From Octopus bimaculoides (taxonomy: Eukaryota): 51,048 nt of DNA. Below are positions 11,900 through 25,504 of the stretch, in pieces. Each line of letters starts with the position of its first letter. Positions within the stretch are counted from its first letter, which is position 1. Location of the stretch: contig NC_068984.1 of the NCBI RefSeq assembly GCF_001194135.2, forward strand, positions 139,080,248-139,131,295, in the 5' to 3' direction. The translations under genes were made by a program, and so were the position numbers. The notes below the pieces were generated by a model. The model was not told the DNA's origin. It was given only the letters and a program-made list of their open reading frames with translations, and made no database searches.

Positions 11900-12908
11900 G
11901 TAAGGAAGTTGATAAGAAATTATATATTTTCAATATTGCCAATAATTTTATCGCGATTTCGACGTATCTTTAGAGAACTGATTGTTTCTCTCCAAGAGTT
12001 GATGAGATCTTGCAATCACTACTTTCTCTACTAGCTGGATTTTTGCAGTAAAGAATGAAAAACATGATCCCGTTCAACAGTAAGCGAAGAAAGACAGTAG
12101 TGTGACGCTGTTAAATGACTGACAAAATGACCTAAAGGCCGTTTCATAGAGAATATTTTGTGCAGATTTGATTATTCTATCATCCTGTGTTTAATAAGTC
12201 TTTTTCCCTGGATGAAAGATGTTTTTATATTATTATTTTTAGTAGTACTTTGAACAATAAATGACAAGAAGCATTTTATCGAGTTTCCTGCATATGTGCC
12301 AATATGTGCAAGTTTTCTACTAGTAATCATTTAAACTAGTTAGAGGACGGCACGTAAAAAGTAAATAGAAACTATTGTTCCTTTTGATAAATTATCGACG
12401 CATATAAGTTACTTAAAATTCTTTCGAGTCTCAGTAAACTTATCTAGAAAACTCTGCTACAGGGTCTTTTGCACTAAATCATGTATTGTAAGTGACATCT
12501 TTGTTATGCTGATGCTAATGTAAATATATCTACATATGTAACCTAGATTTTTCTCACTACCCATCTCAATTGCCTTAAGTAATTCGCAGCTCACAAAGTA
12601 TAAAAAGGAGAGAGAGAGGGGGAGGGAGTGTGTGTGTGAGAGAGAGAGTGGTTTTGTGTTGTATTCCCGCTTAGCAAGTAGAAGAGCTACCAATCATTTT
12701 GACTGTATGTTTAACAAGAAACTATTCACATGGTCCCATGATCGCCTGATGTTAACAGCCAGACGACAGACCCACTCCCATAGAAACATATTCTGTTGCT
12801 TAGCACTTCAAACTGGCCAGATCCGGACTTTCAGGCGTAGCTTACAATGTCATGCACGACATCGAAATTTCGAAGCCACCAGATAAGCCATGATTAACTG
12901 AAAATAAT

Positions 12909-12977
12909 GGTTTCAAATTTTAGCACGAAGCCAGCAATTTAGGAGGAAGGGGTAATTCAATTACAACGACTCTAGTA
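12909..12977 (-). mobile_element. SINE B 3' fragment
   Basis: ggtttcaaattttagcacgaagccagcaattt matches the reverse-complemented tail. Confidence 0.55.
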
Positions 12978-13199
12978 TTCTTTTATTTTTTTTATCCTTC
13001 TACTTGCTTCAGTCATTTGACTGCGGCCATGTTGGAGCATCGCTTTTAGTCGAACAAATCGACCCCACGACTTATTTTTTGTAAGCCTAGTAATTATTCT
13101 ATCGGTAACATTTTGCCGAACCGCTAAGTTACGGGGATGTAAACAAACCAACATCGGTGGTCAAGCGATGTTAGGGGGATAAACACAGACACACAAGCG

Positions 13200-13200
<1 letters not shown>
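12978..13200 (-). mobile_element. SINE A 3' module
   Basis: Reverse complement of the 3' module up to the internal microsatellite. Confidence 0.85.
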
Positions 13201-13255
<55 letters not shown>

Positions 13256-13338
13256 AGGAGCTTCGAGCAAAGTAGCAAGAAAACGAGCAAAGTAGCACCC
13301 ACACGGGCACACACACACACACACACACACATACATTC

Positions 13339-13394
13339 AAGGTAGTGCTCCAGCATGACCACAGTCAAATGGCTGAAACAAGTAAAAGAATAAA
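13339..13394 (+). mobile_element. SINE A tail fragment
   Basis: aaggtagtgctccagcatgaccacagtcaaatggctgaaacaagtaaaagaataaa. Confidence 0.8.
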
Positions 13395-13561
13395 TGAAAA
13401 GCTGCATACATACATGCATACAAAAATACCTTGTGTTGATGCTGAAATTCTAATGAAAGAACCTTGAATCTAGGTTAGAAAGCGACTCTTTCTTTATTGG
13501 CAAGAAATCTTGAATTAAAACTGAACAATGACATACATATATACATACGTACTATATCTTC

Positions 13562-16094
13562 TCAATAGATTAGCCAAACCCAATGATGACTCATCGTATC
13601 AAGCTCTTGAGAGAAGACTAATTACTCTATAACTCGAACTCAGAGCGCTGAGCAAAAATCGTCTCTACCGCAAGCAAAATTTTGAACGAGTTTGTATAAA
13701 TCACAAGTTTGCTTCTAACTTACAGACATTATACAGCGAGATGAGGAAGAGGAATATCGTTAAGAAAGCCCCTCTCAAGAATTCCTTGATTTATTATGGT
13801 TGAAAATCTGGAACGAATAGAGGGATTTCAACCTTAATGAACCGTGAAGAGAATATTGTTCCAACATCAACGGTAAAACATATGCAATTAACCAGAAATT
13901 GTCATCATAGCTGTAAAGAAACTGCATAATGGGAAGGTAGCTGGAAGAGACCAAATAGTTAGATGTTGTTACAATAGATCGATATTTTACAGGAAACCAC
14001 TAATATGTACGTTCAAAAGCGCAATTGAAGGTCAGACTGACATACCAATTGACTTGCTAAAGCATGGATAAATCTTGTAAATCAAGAACGAATCCATCGA
14101 GTTGACAGAAAACTATCGGCCCATTGCTTGCTTAAACATTATCTACACACTGCCTCAACTAATTCCTCCATGATCATTCTGTGTCTGTTTACCAGGCAGG
14201 TGGGTAGAAAGGAGTGAGATGTGCTGAACAACTTTTAATAGACAAAGCCGTACTGTCTCGAGCGAAAAAACACCGAGTGAGCCTTTCAACAGTATGGCTT
14301 GATTATAGAAAGGCATTTGACCCTATTACCCATTGATGGCTGCTGAAATGTCTATATTTAGCAAAAGTACCTGGTACCTTAATTGCTGCTGTTCAAAGGT
14401 TCACAAAGAGGTAGGCAGCAATTCTGATATTTAGAGCTGAGACCGGAACGAGCATCTCCGATGTTATAATGTTTCAAAGGCAGTCTTTCGGCAATTCTGT
14501 TCATTTTGGCATTAAATCTATTATCATTCTTGCTACACTAATCAAATGGTTACGTGCTAAGATCTGCATCTGATAGAAATATTAACGTAATACATACTTT
14601 GTTTTGTGAAAGACTTCAAGATTTATGCTAAAAAAGTTAATAAGGCAAAAAAAAAAAAACAGCCTGAATAATAACATTTTCAACTGATATAAGAATGGAA
14701 TTTGGTGAAAAGAAACGTTCGTATTTGATTGTTGAACATAAAAAATCAGTCCTCAGACCCCTAAACCTGCACATCAATGGTCTCACTATCTCTCTTATCC
14801 CACACAAAGAATGTTAGAAGTACCTGGGCATCATTGAAAACATATCATTCGAATATTATATCAGGCATAGAAAACATGGCAGTTGTAATTCTCCCCTTAC
14901 AACAAGACAATATCCTGCATTTTCAGTACAAATGCTGATTCCAATATTTGGAACCCTTGGGGGTCTGTAGAGGAAATCTACTCCTTAGACATTAAAGCCC
15001 GCAAGAAAAGATATCAACTGGAAACCTCCAGAGAAATAGTGATATCGACAGGCTCTGCCTAAAAAGTGGTGAATGTCATATAATCCCTCCTGGAAAGTAC
15101 CTGCTAGACAACAGCAGCGAAAATTAATACTTTGTAGTTAAAGTAAAGAGAACAATGTCCTACTTCTCAGCAGCGAGCTCAGGAAGAACTCTCTTCCCGG
15201 AAATCTCCCATACAACCCCAAAACAACCGGACTAAAAGAAGACCTGGATGTCAAATACTCGGAGACTTGAAGAACATAGTAACATTGACATGGTGAAGGC
15301 TCTCTTAGACCTGTGGCTGCTACGTCACACGACAAAGGTTATGAATTTGCAATCCAAGAAAAGTAGATTGCTACGAAATGCCTAATAATCAATAAAGTGA
15401 AGCTGTTGGAGCTCTAAGATGTGACAGAAAAAGTAGACTGTCATATATCTGTAGAAGGCATCACACATGTGATTAACAGTTGCCCCAAAATGTCATCAAG
15501 TTAATACCTCCCTATGCGACATGATATTTCCGCAAAAACAATTTACAATGTCATTCGGAAAAAAATGTCTTGGTATTGAATACACACACCGACAACAGCA
15601 CAAGGAATACTGGTGGAACATTCCCATCAAGCATCTATCAAGTGTAAACATGACAGGCTGGAGATCGTGGTTTGGGACTGATAACGAAAAGTGTGTACTG
15701 TCATAGATGTCAGTGGTTATGCTGAAGTTAATATGTCTTTAAAAATCAAAGAGAAACAGGAGAACGATGAACAACTTCTTCGAAAGCTCCAGTTTCTGTA
15801 TCTAGATTATAAATTAACGTTTGTAACAATAATATTTGGTGAACTTGGTTTTATGATTAAAGTGACAATCTGGATAAAGTAGAGCTTTCAGAAAAATATA
15901 TCAGCCAGCTAACTCGCACATAACAAATACAATCTGTAGGCGGAACAGTAAAAATATGCAAGGTTTTTCTCAAGTTTAAAATGTGTCATTGTTTTTGTTA
16001 CCTACGTTACAAAGATGGAGTTTTGTGTCTTTGTTAAAGACCAACTCCTTCTTCAGAGGAAGAATTGAATTGATTAAGAGCCGAATATATCTTT
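13562..16094 (+). pseudogene. Decayed RLE-type non-LTR retrotransposon (R4/Dong- or NeSL-like): RT + CCHC knuckle + restriction-like endonuclease
   Basis: Motifs in order, with stops and frameshifts: NYRPIACLNIIY (~14112), CAEQLLIDKAVL...VWLDYRKAFD (~14220-14322), FQxxSLSAILFILALN (~14470), FVKDFKIYA (~14605), DIRMEFG, KYLGIIE, HRNSDIDRL-like, EGITHVINSCPKM...MRHD (~15450-15525), EYWWNIPIK, KCKHDRLEIVVWD...VIDVS...KEK...IIFGELG (15645-15850). Confidence 0.9.
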
Positions 16095-17226
16095 CATACG
16101 TACATGCAAAAAGCACCAAGGTTTTGTCCTGATGTTAGTAATGATAAGTGACTAGTTTCGTTATAGAAATCAAATTCTCGCAACGATAAATTTCATCTTT
16201 GAATGGTCAATTACTCACCACTACCAAACCAGCGACCGATCTAAGCGCCTAAGAACAAAAAATCTATACACTAATTTCTTGTAGTTTTGAAAAATATTCA
16301 TGTATACACTTTTGTCAAATGCATTTAGTTTTGAAAAGTACTTGCCAATATCGTTTGTAAAGAGTTAATAATATCGAATTAGAAATGTGTCCACAATCTA
16401 TTTAATTGTATTTGGTTGTCAAATAAATTCATTTGTTTGTTTTTGTTTTTGCTTTTCATTTATTTTGATCCTTTCCAATGCTATTTAAATTAACACGGAA
16501 AGTATTTTTACTGTAGCAGTTTATGGTTTGTGATAGCTCTATCCTTGCTTTACATTTGTTTATTGATTGTGAAATGAAAATAGATTTCACCTCTTGTGAG
16601 GTCATTGACGATCGAATACCAAATAGAAAAAAATAATAAAACGAGCGAATTTATCTGACAATCCAATATTCATAATTTTCCTCAAGGAAAGCCCATATTT
16701 GAATTTTTTTGTTTCTGTAAAGCTCGGTTATCTGAAAACATACGTTTTGTGGAGATAAAGTGGTTTTGAAATGTACAACGAATCTAAAATTATATATTAG
16801 CTGACCGGAAATATTCTTTATCCACTTGTAGAACCGAACAATCGGAAACGTCTGTTTAGTAAGCAGAGCCCTTACATCAGTGAAAGGGTCCGATACACTG
16901 TAAAATGACGAGTTGAAGGCCTCGACGCGGAGCGTTTTCTCCACTGATGATCTGTTAAACCTACCATTATCCAGTATGAAGTGTTTTTGATTTACAACAT
17001 TTCCACAAGCAAGCTGTTTGCAATTTTCTACAGAATTATTCCCCAGAGGAAGTCCTTTGTCACTTTCATTGTTTATAATTTTTAAAGCTCAGTTTTAGAA
17101 AAAAAAAATCCAAGCTTCGTTAAGATAATATGCTTTCTTGAATTGTGCAAAGACTTGTGGATCAATTTCACTTACAGTTATATTTTTGAAGAGCGGATAT
17201 TTCTTCCCCACTTACTAGTAGTAGAG

Positions 17227-17608
17227 GAGGCGCAATGGCCCAGTGGTTAGGGCAGCGGACTCGCGGTCATAGCATCGCGGTTTCGATTCCCAGACCGGGC
17301 GTTGTGTGTGTTTATTGAGCGAAAAACACCTAAAGCCCCACGAGGCTCCGGCAGGAGATGGTGGCGAACCCTGCTGTACTCTTTCACCACAACTTTCTCT
17401 CACTCTTACTTCTTGTTTCTGTTGTACCTGTATTTCAAAAGAGTCAGCCTTGTCACACTGTGTCACGCTGAATCTCCCTGAGAACTACGTTAAAGGTACA
17501 CGTGTCTGTGGAGTGCTCAGCCACTTGCACGTTAATTTCATGAGCAGGCTGTTCCGTTGATCGGATCAACTGGAACTCTCGACGTTGTAAGCGACGGAGT
17601 GCCAAGAA
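17227..17608 (+). mobile_element. SINE C, full length, with probable 8-bp TSD
   Basis: A-box TGGCCCAGTGG, B-box GTTTCGATTCC; actagtag at 17214-17221 and 17608-17615. Confidence 0.92.
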
Positions 17609-17954
17609 CTAGTAGAAGAAGACTAACACAGACGCCTAAGAAAATCAAGTAAAATTCAGTAAAGATTGCTTACGATTGACTGACAAATTTAGGGATAGCA
17701 GCACAAAAGTGTCAGGGTGTCTTATCTTAAAGAGTAAAATAACGTGTCAAATCACGTTTTTCAGTGAACATGTGCCTGCACGAGATTACAGAAGTACATT
17801 CTTAGTAAATCATCTTCGCTAAATAAATTCCATAAGCAGGACGAAGAGTTACAATAACAGTGATATATTTCAAATGCATTTTCTGCAAAATTAGTCAAGA
17901 TACTACTTAAGACCAAGAAATATGTGTGTATATATGTGTGGGTGTATACAAACA

Positions 17955-17958
17955 CAAT

Positions 17959-18018
<60 letters not shown>

Positions 18019-18131
18019 GATATACATGTATATGCATAGAAATACATATTTATATGCGTATATATATATATATATATGTATCTATGCATATATATAGAGA
18101 TATATATAGATACACACACACACACACACAC

Positions 18132-18183
<52 letters not shown>

Positions 18184-18215
18184 ATATATACATACATATA
18201 TATAACCATATACAT
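17955..18215 (+). repeat. Compound (TA)n/(TG)n/(CA)n microsatellite block
   Basis: Direct inspection. Confidence 0.95.
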
Positions 18216-18312
18216 ACCTAAATTATTTATCTAATCATTTCTCTTCCTCCCTCTGTCACACTCTATCTCTTCACTTTATACAAACATGTATAAATACATG
18301 CACCCTCCCCCC

Positions 18313-18354
<42 letters not shown>

Positions 18355-18371
18355 CATGTACGTGTGTAAGG

Positions 18372-18474
18372 GTGGATGGCTTAGTGGTCAGGGCATTCGG
18401 CTCACGATCGTAATTTCATGAGTTCAATTCCCGGATACGCGTTGTGTGGTGGAGCAAGACACTTTATTTCACGT
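18372..18474 (+). mobile_element. SINE D head, truncated
   Basis: tggcttagtggtcagggc...gagttcaattccc...gagcaagacactttatttcacg. Confidence 0.75.
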
Positions 18475-18742
18475 ATATATATAAAGACTGGAAAACTGCG
18501 TTTATTTTTAATTCCATGTTACGCAGGTTTCAATGCAGGATAAGAATTACAAAGTTATACATGTAAAAATGTAAAAGAAAGGAAACGTGTATGGAATTTT
18601 CTATCCGTAAATCTTCTGAGTGATTGAAAAACAGTACAAAATTACACTTAGTTAGAACTGCAATTTATAATATTAAACATTAATCAAGTGTAAATTGGAA
18701 GATAAGGGCAATAAGTTAGCGAAGATGAAAAATAACAATATT

Positions 18743-18773
<31 letters not shown>

Positions 18774-18950
18774 GAAAGTGATAAGAATTATATATATATA
18801 TAGGAGAAGAAAATGGATATAATATCAATGGTAAACTCGTTGTTTTCGCTGGTATGTCGTTAATTAAATAGATAACAAGGAGGAAGAAGCAAAGATAAAA
18901 GAAGCATTTAGGCAGCAAGTGGCTGAGAAATCCACAGAGAAGCATATATA

Positions 18951-18981
<31 letters not shown>

Positions 18982-19004
18982 CGGTTATGAGCGATAGTGG
19001 TGTA

Positions 19005-19058
<54 letters not shown>

Positions 19059-19157
19059 ATTATGTGTATTTCTTCTATCTTAATGAATAAAAATTCTTCT
19101 GATAGAATAAATGGGTTAATAGAAACCAATGTAGCAAAGAACACAAAATAACTGTGG

Positions 19158-19181
19158 TTAGGGTTAGGGTTAGGGTTAGGG
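19158..19181 (+). repeat. Interstitial telomeric repeat (TTAGGG)4
   Basis: Four perfect TTAGGG units. Confidence 0.93.
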
Positions 19182-19348
19182 TTTAAGATGATTCCCATGC
19201 TTTCCCTGATGAGAAGGTTACAATTTTAATATCAAAGATCCCTATGGATCACACAGGTTGTAATCCTTTGAAACATATGTAGGAATAAAGTATGCAATTA
19301 TAACATGCGTTTTCTCCAATCCTTAAATTCTTAAATATATATTCATGT

Positions 19349-19388
<40 letters not shown>

Positions 19389-20694
19389 ATGTACACAGAC
19401 AATAAACTATAAGTAAATAATAAATTATGATATATTACTATATATAATTTTAAGCATTACTGGTGTAACAAACACCAATTTAAGAGCTAAACGACACAGG
19501 CGACCTACTTGTGTGTATATCTTGCTCTCTGTGCAAACGTTGTACTATTTAAACTTCGGTGTCTTCGTAGTGTCACTTTTCTTTTATTAGACTTGACTCT
19601 TTATATACTTTATTACATATTTAGTGCTACCTGTGTCCCACTTTTTGTTTAATCATTTCTGTTCTTCTACATTTTCAGACGTAAATATTGTATGAAAATC
19701 TATTTGTTTATGGACGGCATATACAGAAGTCAAAATTACTAAACTTTTCGAACTCGAAATTGGAAACATCTGTTAAAATGTTAAAATGGTATAGGAATGG
19801 TTGGCTGTTAGTCAGTTCTAGTCATTTCCGCAGTAAGAATTTTATTGGAATATCTTCCTTTATGCTTTCTTTCAAGTACATTCGTGGTATATGAATAAAC
19901 TGTTGCTATACCGCTTTTACCAAACACACGCATACACATACACACACAGGCATATGAGTTCATGCGCATGCCTAGTTCCCTGAGTAGAAACATTCTAAGG
20001 AAAGTCCCTATTGTAATCCTCATTTTCAACGGTCTTGGATTCTAGTAATTGTTTAATTTTACAAATCTCTCTCTTCATGGTTTCGTGTCAACGAAAGCAA
20101 TTATTATTTCAGATAGAATTTCGATACCTCTCCCTAGATTTAGGTTAATATTTGATTTGTTTCTGGTAAAGGTAAATGATGCTGTATAGGTGTAACTAAT
20201 GGTAAATAAAGTATTGGGCTGGCTTTGATTAAACGCAAGAAATTTATAAGAGAAAGTAAAGCTTAATGTCAAACGCTGATCAATTTGTAAACTTGTTTCA
20301 TTATTTAATCCCTTCGTGAATCACAAACAGGTTACATACGTGATGTTTAATTCACGTTTGTGTAGCTTTAAGCTGGAGGTAGTTAAATACATATTATACA
20401 AGGTATCCACTTAGCATGATTTTTGTCCGAAATATTGTTCGCTGTTTTCTGAAACTAAGAGAATTTAATCGTTCTACTGCCTTATAAATCTAGAGTACAG
20501 TTAACTGGTTACGTTGCTATAAAATATATTTTTTACGTTCTTGTTCTAACTGCTGGAACTAGCAACCAAATGTCTTGCCCACCCGTCTTCAAAAAAGAGA
20601 TAGTCATATTCAACATGCACCTAGAGACAGATAAAAAGAATAAAAAAAAACGATGGATTATTATAGCTTCAACGCTTTGATCATAGCCATATTT

Positions 20695-20768
20695 CAATGG
20701 TTCTCAACCATTTTTTCTTGTAGTCCTCTTTAAATCCTATTTTACCCAGATGGACTCCCGTAGCCATA
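20695..20768 (+). mobile_element. hAT (Charlie-like) MITE left end, truncated
   Basis: CAATGGTTCTCAACC resembles the CAGTGGTTCTCAA hAT terminus (from recall); interrupted by a SINE C head. Confidence 0.4.
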
Positions 20769-20769
20769 G

Positions 20770-20855
20770 GTGTTTTCACTCAATAAACACTCACAACGCC
20801 CGGTCTGGGAATCGAAATTGCAATCCTACGACCGCGAGTCCGCTACCCTAACCAA
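20770..20855 (-). mobile_element. SINE C head fragment
   Basis: gtgttttcactcaataaacactcacaacgcccggtctgggaatcgaa...ccgcgagtccgctaccctaacca. Confidence 0.85.
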
Positions 20856-21377
20856 TATATATATNNNNNNNNNNNNNNNNNNNNNNNNNNNNNNNNNNNN
20901 NNNNNNNNNNNNNNNNNNNNNNNNNNNNNNNNNNNNNNNNNNNNNNNNNNNNNNNNNNNNNNNNNNNNNNNNNNNNNNNNNNNNNNNNNNNNNNNNNNNN
21001 NNNNNNNNNNNNNNNNNNNNNNNNNNNNNNNNNNNNNNNNNNNNNNNNNNNNNNNNNNNNNNNNNNNNNNNNNNNNNNNNNNNNNNNNNNNNNNNNNNNN
21101 NNNNNNNNNNNNNNNNNNNNNNNNNNNNNNNNNNNNNNNNNNNNNNNNNNNNNNNNNNNNNNNNNNNNNNNNNNNNNNNNNNNNNNNNNNNNNNNNNNNN
21201 NNNNNNNNNNNNNNNNNNNNNNNNNNNNNNNNNNNNNNNNNNNNNNNNNNNNNNNNNNNNNNNNNNNNNNNNNNNNNNNNNNNNNNNNNNNNNNNNNNNN
21301 NNNNNNNNNNNNNNNNNNNNNNNNNNNNNNNNNNNNNNNNNNNNNNNNNNNNNNNNNNNNNNNNNNNNNNNNNNNNN

Positions 21378-21414
<37 letters not shown>

Positions 21415-21544
21415 GAGAGATACACAGAGAGATAGATAGATAAATAGATAGATAAATAGATAGATAGATACATAGATAGATATGGTGTGTGTGAACGCGT
21501 ATGTGTTTGTGAATGTATTTGCGTGCGTGTTTCGCGCGACGACC

Positions 21545-21718
21545 GGTATCGATTTCTTTACACCCCTTAAGCGGTTTGGCGAAAGAGACTGATAGAATAA
21601 GTACCAAACTTTAATGAAAAAAACAAAAAGCACAGAGGTCGATTTTTTCAACTAAACACTTCATAGTGATGCCCCAGCATGGCCACAATCCAACGAGGAA
21701 GATATAAAAAGTAAAGAT
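21545..21718 (+). mobile_element. SINE A 3' module, diverged
   Basis: gcggtttggcgaaagagactgatagaataagtacc...ccccagcatggccac. Confidence 0.75.
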
Positions 21719-22211
21719 AATGGCATTCACGATGTCGCAAATAAATGCTTCGTCCATAATGTACAAATATGAAAACGAAATACTGTGTATTTAATACTTT
21801 TTCTCACAACATAAAACTTACTCGCTATTGAAACGAAATATCTCAAGCTGGAAATCAAAATCTGTATGTTCAACTGATACCTAATAATGTCTCTGAAGGA
21901 TTGTAAAGTTTGAGTTCTTATTGAAAGTAGCTTCTTATTTCAGCTTCGTAGTTTCAACTACGAAGGCGAAATGAGGAAAATACGATGGGAAAGAGAAAGC
22001 TGGTTTGTGCTTAAGTATCTCTAACGTTAACACCTTACGACGTCGTTAACGTTGGCAGATGCTACTAAAGAAACGCGTTGTAACTCAAGGATGATATGCA
22101 CAGAGAGAAATAAACGGCAGAAAAGGAGAGAGATAGTGACACGCATAGACGCATGCGTAGACACGTACAGACATACATGCATATGATACCCTTCCACCCA
22201 TATACACATAT

Positions 22212-22254
<43 letters not shown>

Positions 22255-22829
22255 NNNNNNNNNNNNNNNNNNNNNNNNNNNNNNNNNNNNNNNNNNNNNN
22301 NNNNNNNNNNNNNNNNNNNNNNNNNNNNNNNNNNNNNNNNNNNNNNNNNNNNNNNNNNNNNNNNNNNNNNNNNNNNNNNNNNNNNNNNNNNNNNNNNNNN
22401 NNNNNNNNNNNNNNNNNNNNNNNNNNNNNNNNNNNNNNNNNNNNNNNNNNNNNNNNNNNNNNNNNNNNNNNNNNNNNNNNNNNNNNNNNNNNNNNNNNNN
22501 NNNNNNNNNNNNNNNNNNNNNNNNNNNNNNNNNNNNNNNNNNNNNNNNNNNNNNNNNNNNNNNNNNNNNNNNNNNNNNNNNNNNNNNNNNNNNNNNNNNN
22601 NNNNNNNNNNNNNNNNNNNNNNNNNNNNNNNNNNNNNNNNNNNNNNNNNNNNNNNNNNNNNNNNNNNNNNNNNNNNNNNNNNNNNNNNNNNNNNNNNNNN
22701 NNNNNNNNNNNNNNNNNNNNNNNNNNNNNNNNNNNNNNNNNNNNNNNNNNNNNNNNNNNNNNNNNNNNNNNNNNNNNNNNNNNNNNNNNNNNNNNNNNNN
22801 NNNNNNNNNNNNNNNNNNNNNNNNNNNNN

Positions 22830-22877
<48 letters not shown>

Positions 22878-22878
22878 G

Positions 22879-22909
<31 letters not shown>

Positions 22910-24487
22910 GTATACACGTACAAACACAACGTATATCAAATATTAAAAGTGCAACATCATTTCTCTTTTGGTTTTGATGTTTTTTTTTTAATGCGACCTA
23001 TGATGCAAAAACAAAAAATAAGAAACAAAAATCGCCTAAAGAAAATGAGATTTATCAGACTTAAAAATACCATGAAAGCAGTTTGGAACATTCTGAATAC
23101 TTAAGATGATTTCCCAAAACTTTTTTTTATCGACATGTTTGCAGAAAATAAGTTAAGCTGGATGTAATAGACATAAATTATATTAACTGCACATACTTTA
23201 TTTGGATATGTCGACTTACGTAACTATGAAATCACTAGACCAACTGAATTATTTATTTCCAACAATGTGTTCATAACCTTTTATTGTATCCCTTCCTTAA
23301 TTGACAGTCACCAAATCCCGAGAGCATCATATAAGACTTTGTTTCTCCTGAATCGTTTTTTATGAGATTTACAGTAGCGTTTGTTATAAACGAGTTTTTG
23401 CAAGACTATGGTGAATTTTGCAAGCATTTAATATTGATATAGAACTTTGAGTATTTTTAGTGAATAATTTGCGATTAACTTTAGCTTGTGCATCTGTATT
23501 CATTGCAACATCAGTCTATGAATATTTGAATTAAATATAAACGCCATCATATGGGAATTCAACTTTCTTATTTTGTGTGATCTTTCTATTTTATATTGAC
23601 TGGCTAATCTATTATGCCTTAATTTTATGTTACTTATATAAAAAAATCCACTGGCATTTTCCCAGATATAACGCAAATATATTAGCCTCAGCAAGGACCG
23701 AACATGATATAATGCTGATGGTAGATCTCAGTAGGAACTATTTCGGCTTCTTTTTGTTGCCGTTGTTGTTGTTGTTAGCAGAAAATTAAATACACTCGAG
23801 AAATAACTGACAAACCAGGGATTATGTTTGAATTCCATGAGATTATATGGGAAAGACTTTGAGTTGGCAAGGTGTTACAATATCATTAGAAGTGATATCA
23901 GAACTAATTTTGACAAAATACGCGTTTTAATTGTAAGTTTGTAATCATCGTGTACGAACAGGAAGTGAACACACGCTGTAATATTTTCTCATTAAGTACA
24001 CACTTAAAACTTTGCACATTTCTATTGTTTAAAAAACTGAAGCTTCAAAGATTCTTCCTTTGAAGTATTACGTGACAGTGTAACGATTATTATAGAGAAA
24101 GGAGACTTAGAGTAGAATCAGAAATATTTGAATAATACGAAGTACTTAGCTTAAGCGAGAGGCATCACAAAAACATAATTAGAAATTTTTATTGCAATCG
24201 AACATCTCTGCAAAAGTCAAATATTTCCCAAGTTAATGAAGATGTAGTGAGATTTAATGAAGCCGTTGATCCTTTCTTACGAAGAGGGGTCAGAGACGAG
24301 AGTTGACTGGTCGATGGAGAACCTTCGTTGAGGACTTCTTATAGAAAGAGAAGAGTATGTCGATGTTCCATGATCTTGTTTCACTATTTTCATTTTACAT
24401 CAGCTCATAAAGTGTTTCAAGATTATCTTTGTGTCATCCGGTTCACTCTCAAATAAGGACACGTACACACACACTCTATCTCGCCCT

Positions 24488-24695
<208 letters not shown>

Positions 24696-25317
24696 GCGCT
24701 ATTTCTGCTTCTAATTTTCATATCGCTAAAACACCATTTGCCACTCTGAACTATCCAAATCTGAATATTTTTTTCCTGTTCCTTTAAATAGAAACGATAA
24801 TACGTGACGAGGATAATGATATTGATTCATTTATAATGTACAAAATATTGGTCCGTTTTCTCAACGAATGTAGCTTCAGTGAAAATAAATATTTTAAGGC
24901 ATGGATTTAATATCAAGTTGATCTGAGATTTCCAACAAAATTTCATATTATCTTAGCAAAATGTATTATGCATTATTTCCCTTCCCTTTTGCCAACTGTT
25001 GCTTTTAATTCGAAAACTAATGAAAGATTTTGTATTATAGGACTAGAGGCAGTGACAGGCAGATCCATATCAAAATAGTTAACATGCTTAGGAAAATACA
25101 TTCGAACCTGTTGATGCATTTACGATCATTATTATTATTTTTAGTTTTACTTGATGCTTAATATTCCATTCATTTTAATAATCACCCTTATAACTTGTGT
25201 TAATTAAGCAATGTCGTACTTCACCTGAGATAGTAAAAAATGGTGAGGCCCGATATTAATGTCATATCTAAGCTCAAGGCCAACAACTACCTTTATAATT
25301 TAATTCTGGCACTTCGT

Positions 25318-25490
25318 CAGTCACGACGACGGATTTTCCAGTTGATCCGATCAGCAGAACATCCTGCTCATGAAATTAACGTGCAAGTGCTGAGCACTCC
25401 ACAGACACGCGTTCCTTTAAGATAGTTCTCAGGGAGATTCAGCGGGAAACAGTATGTGACAAAGTCGGCTCTTTGAAATACAGGTGTTAC
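25318..25490 (-). mobile_element. SINE C 3' half
   Basis: ggcacttcgtcagtcacgacgac...ccacagacacgcgttcctt...gattcagcg. Confidence 0.82.
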
Positions 25491-25504
25491 GCATTTGAGC
25501 CAGA

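Noticed and set aside
16944-17010. C/D snoRNA (C-box-like CTGATGA)
   Set aside because: No D box (CTGA) or terminal stem at a suitable distance.
17227-17295. tRNA genes
   Set aside because: A/B-box tRNA-like heads are fused to SINE bodies and do not form complete cloverleaves; the same applies to all families.
19650-19745. Strong acceptor ttctacattttcag at 19678 as a terminal exon
   Set aside because: All frames close within 21 codons, the peptide is unrecognisable, and no upstream partner was found.
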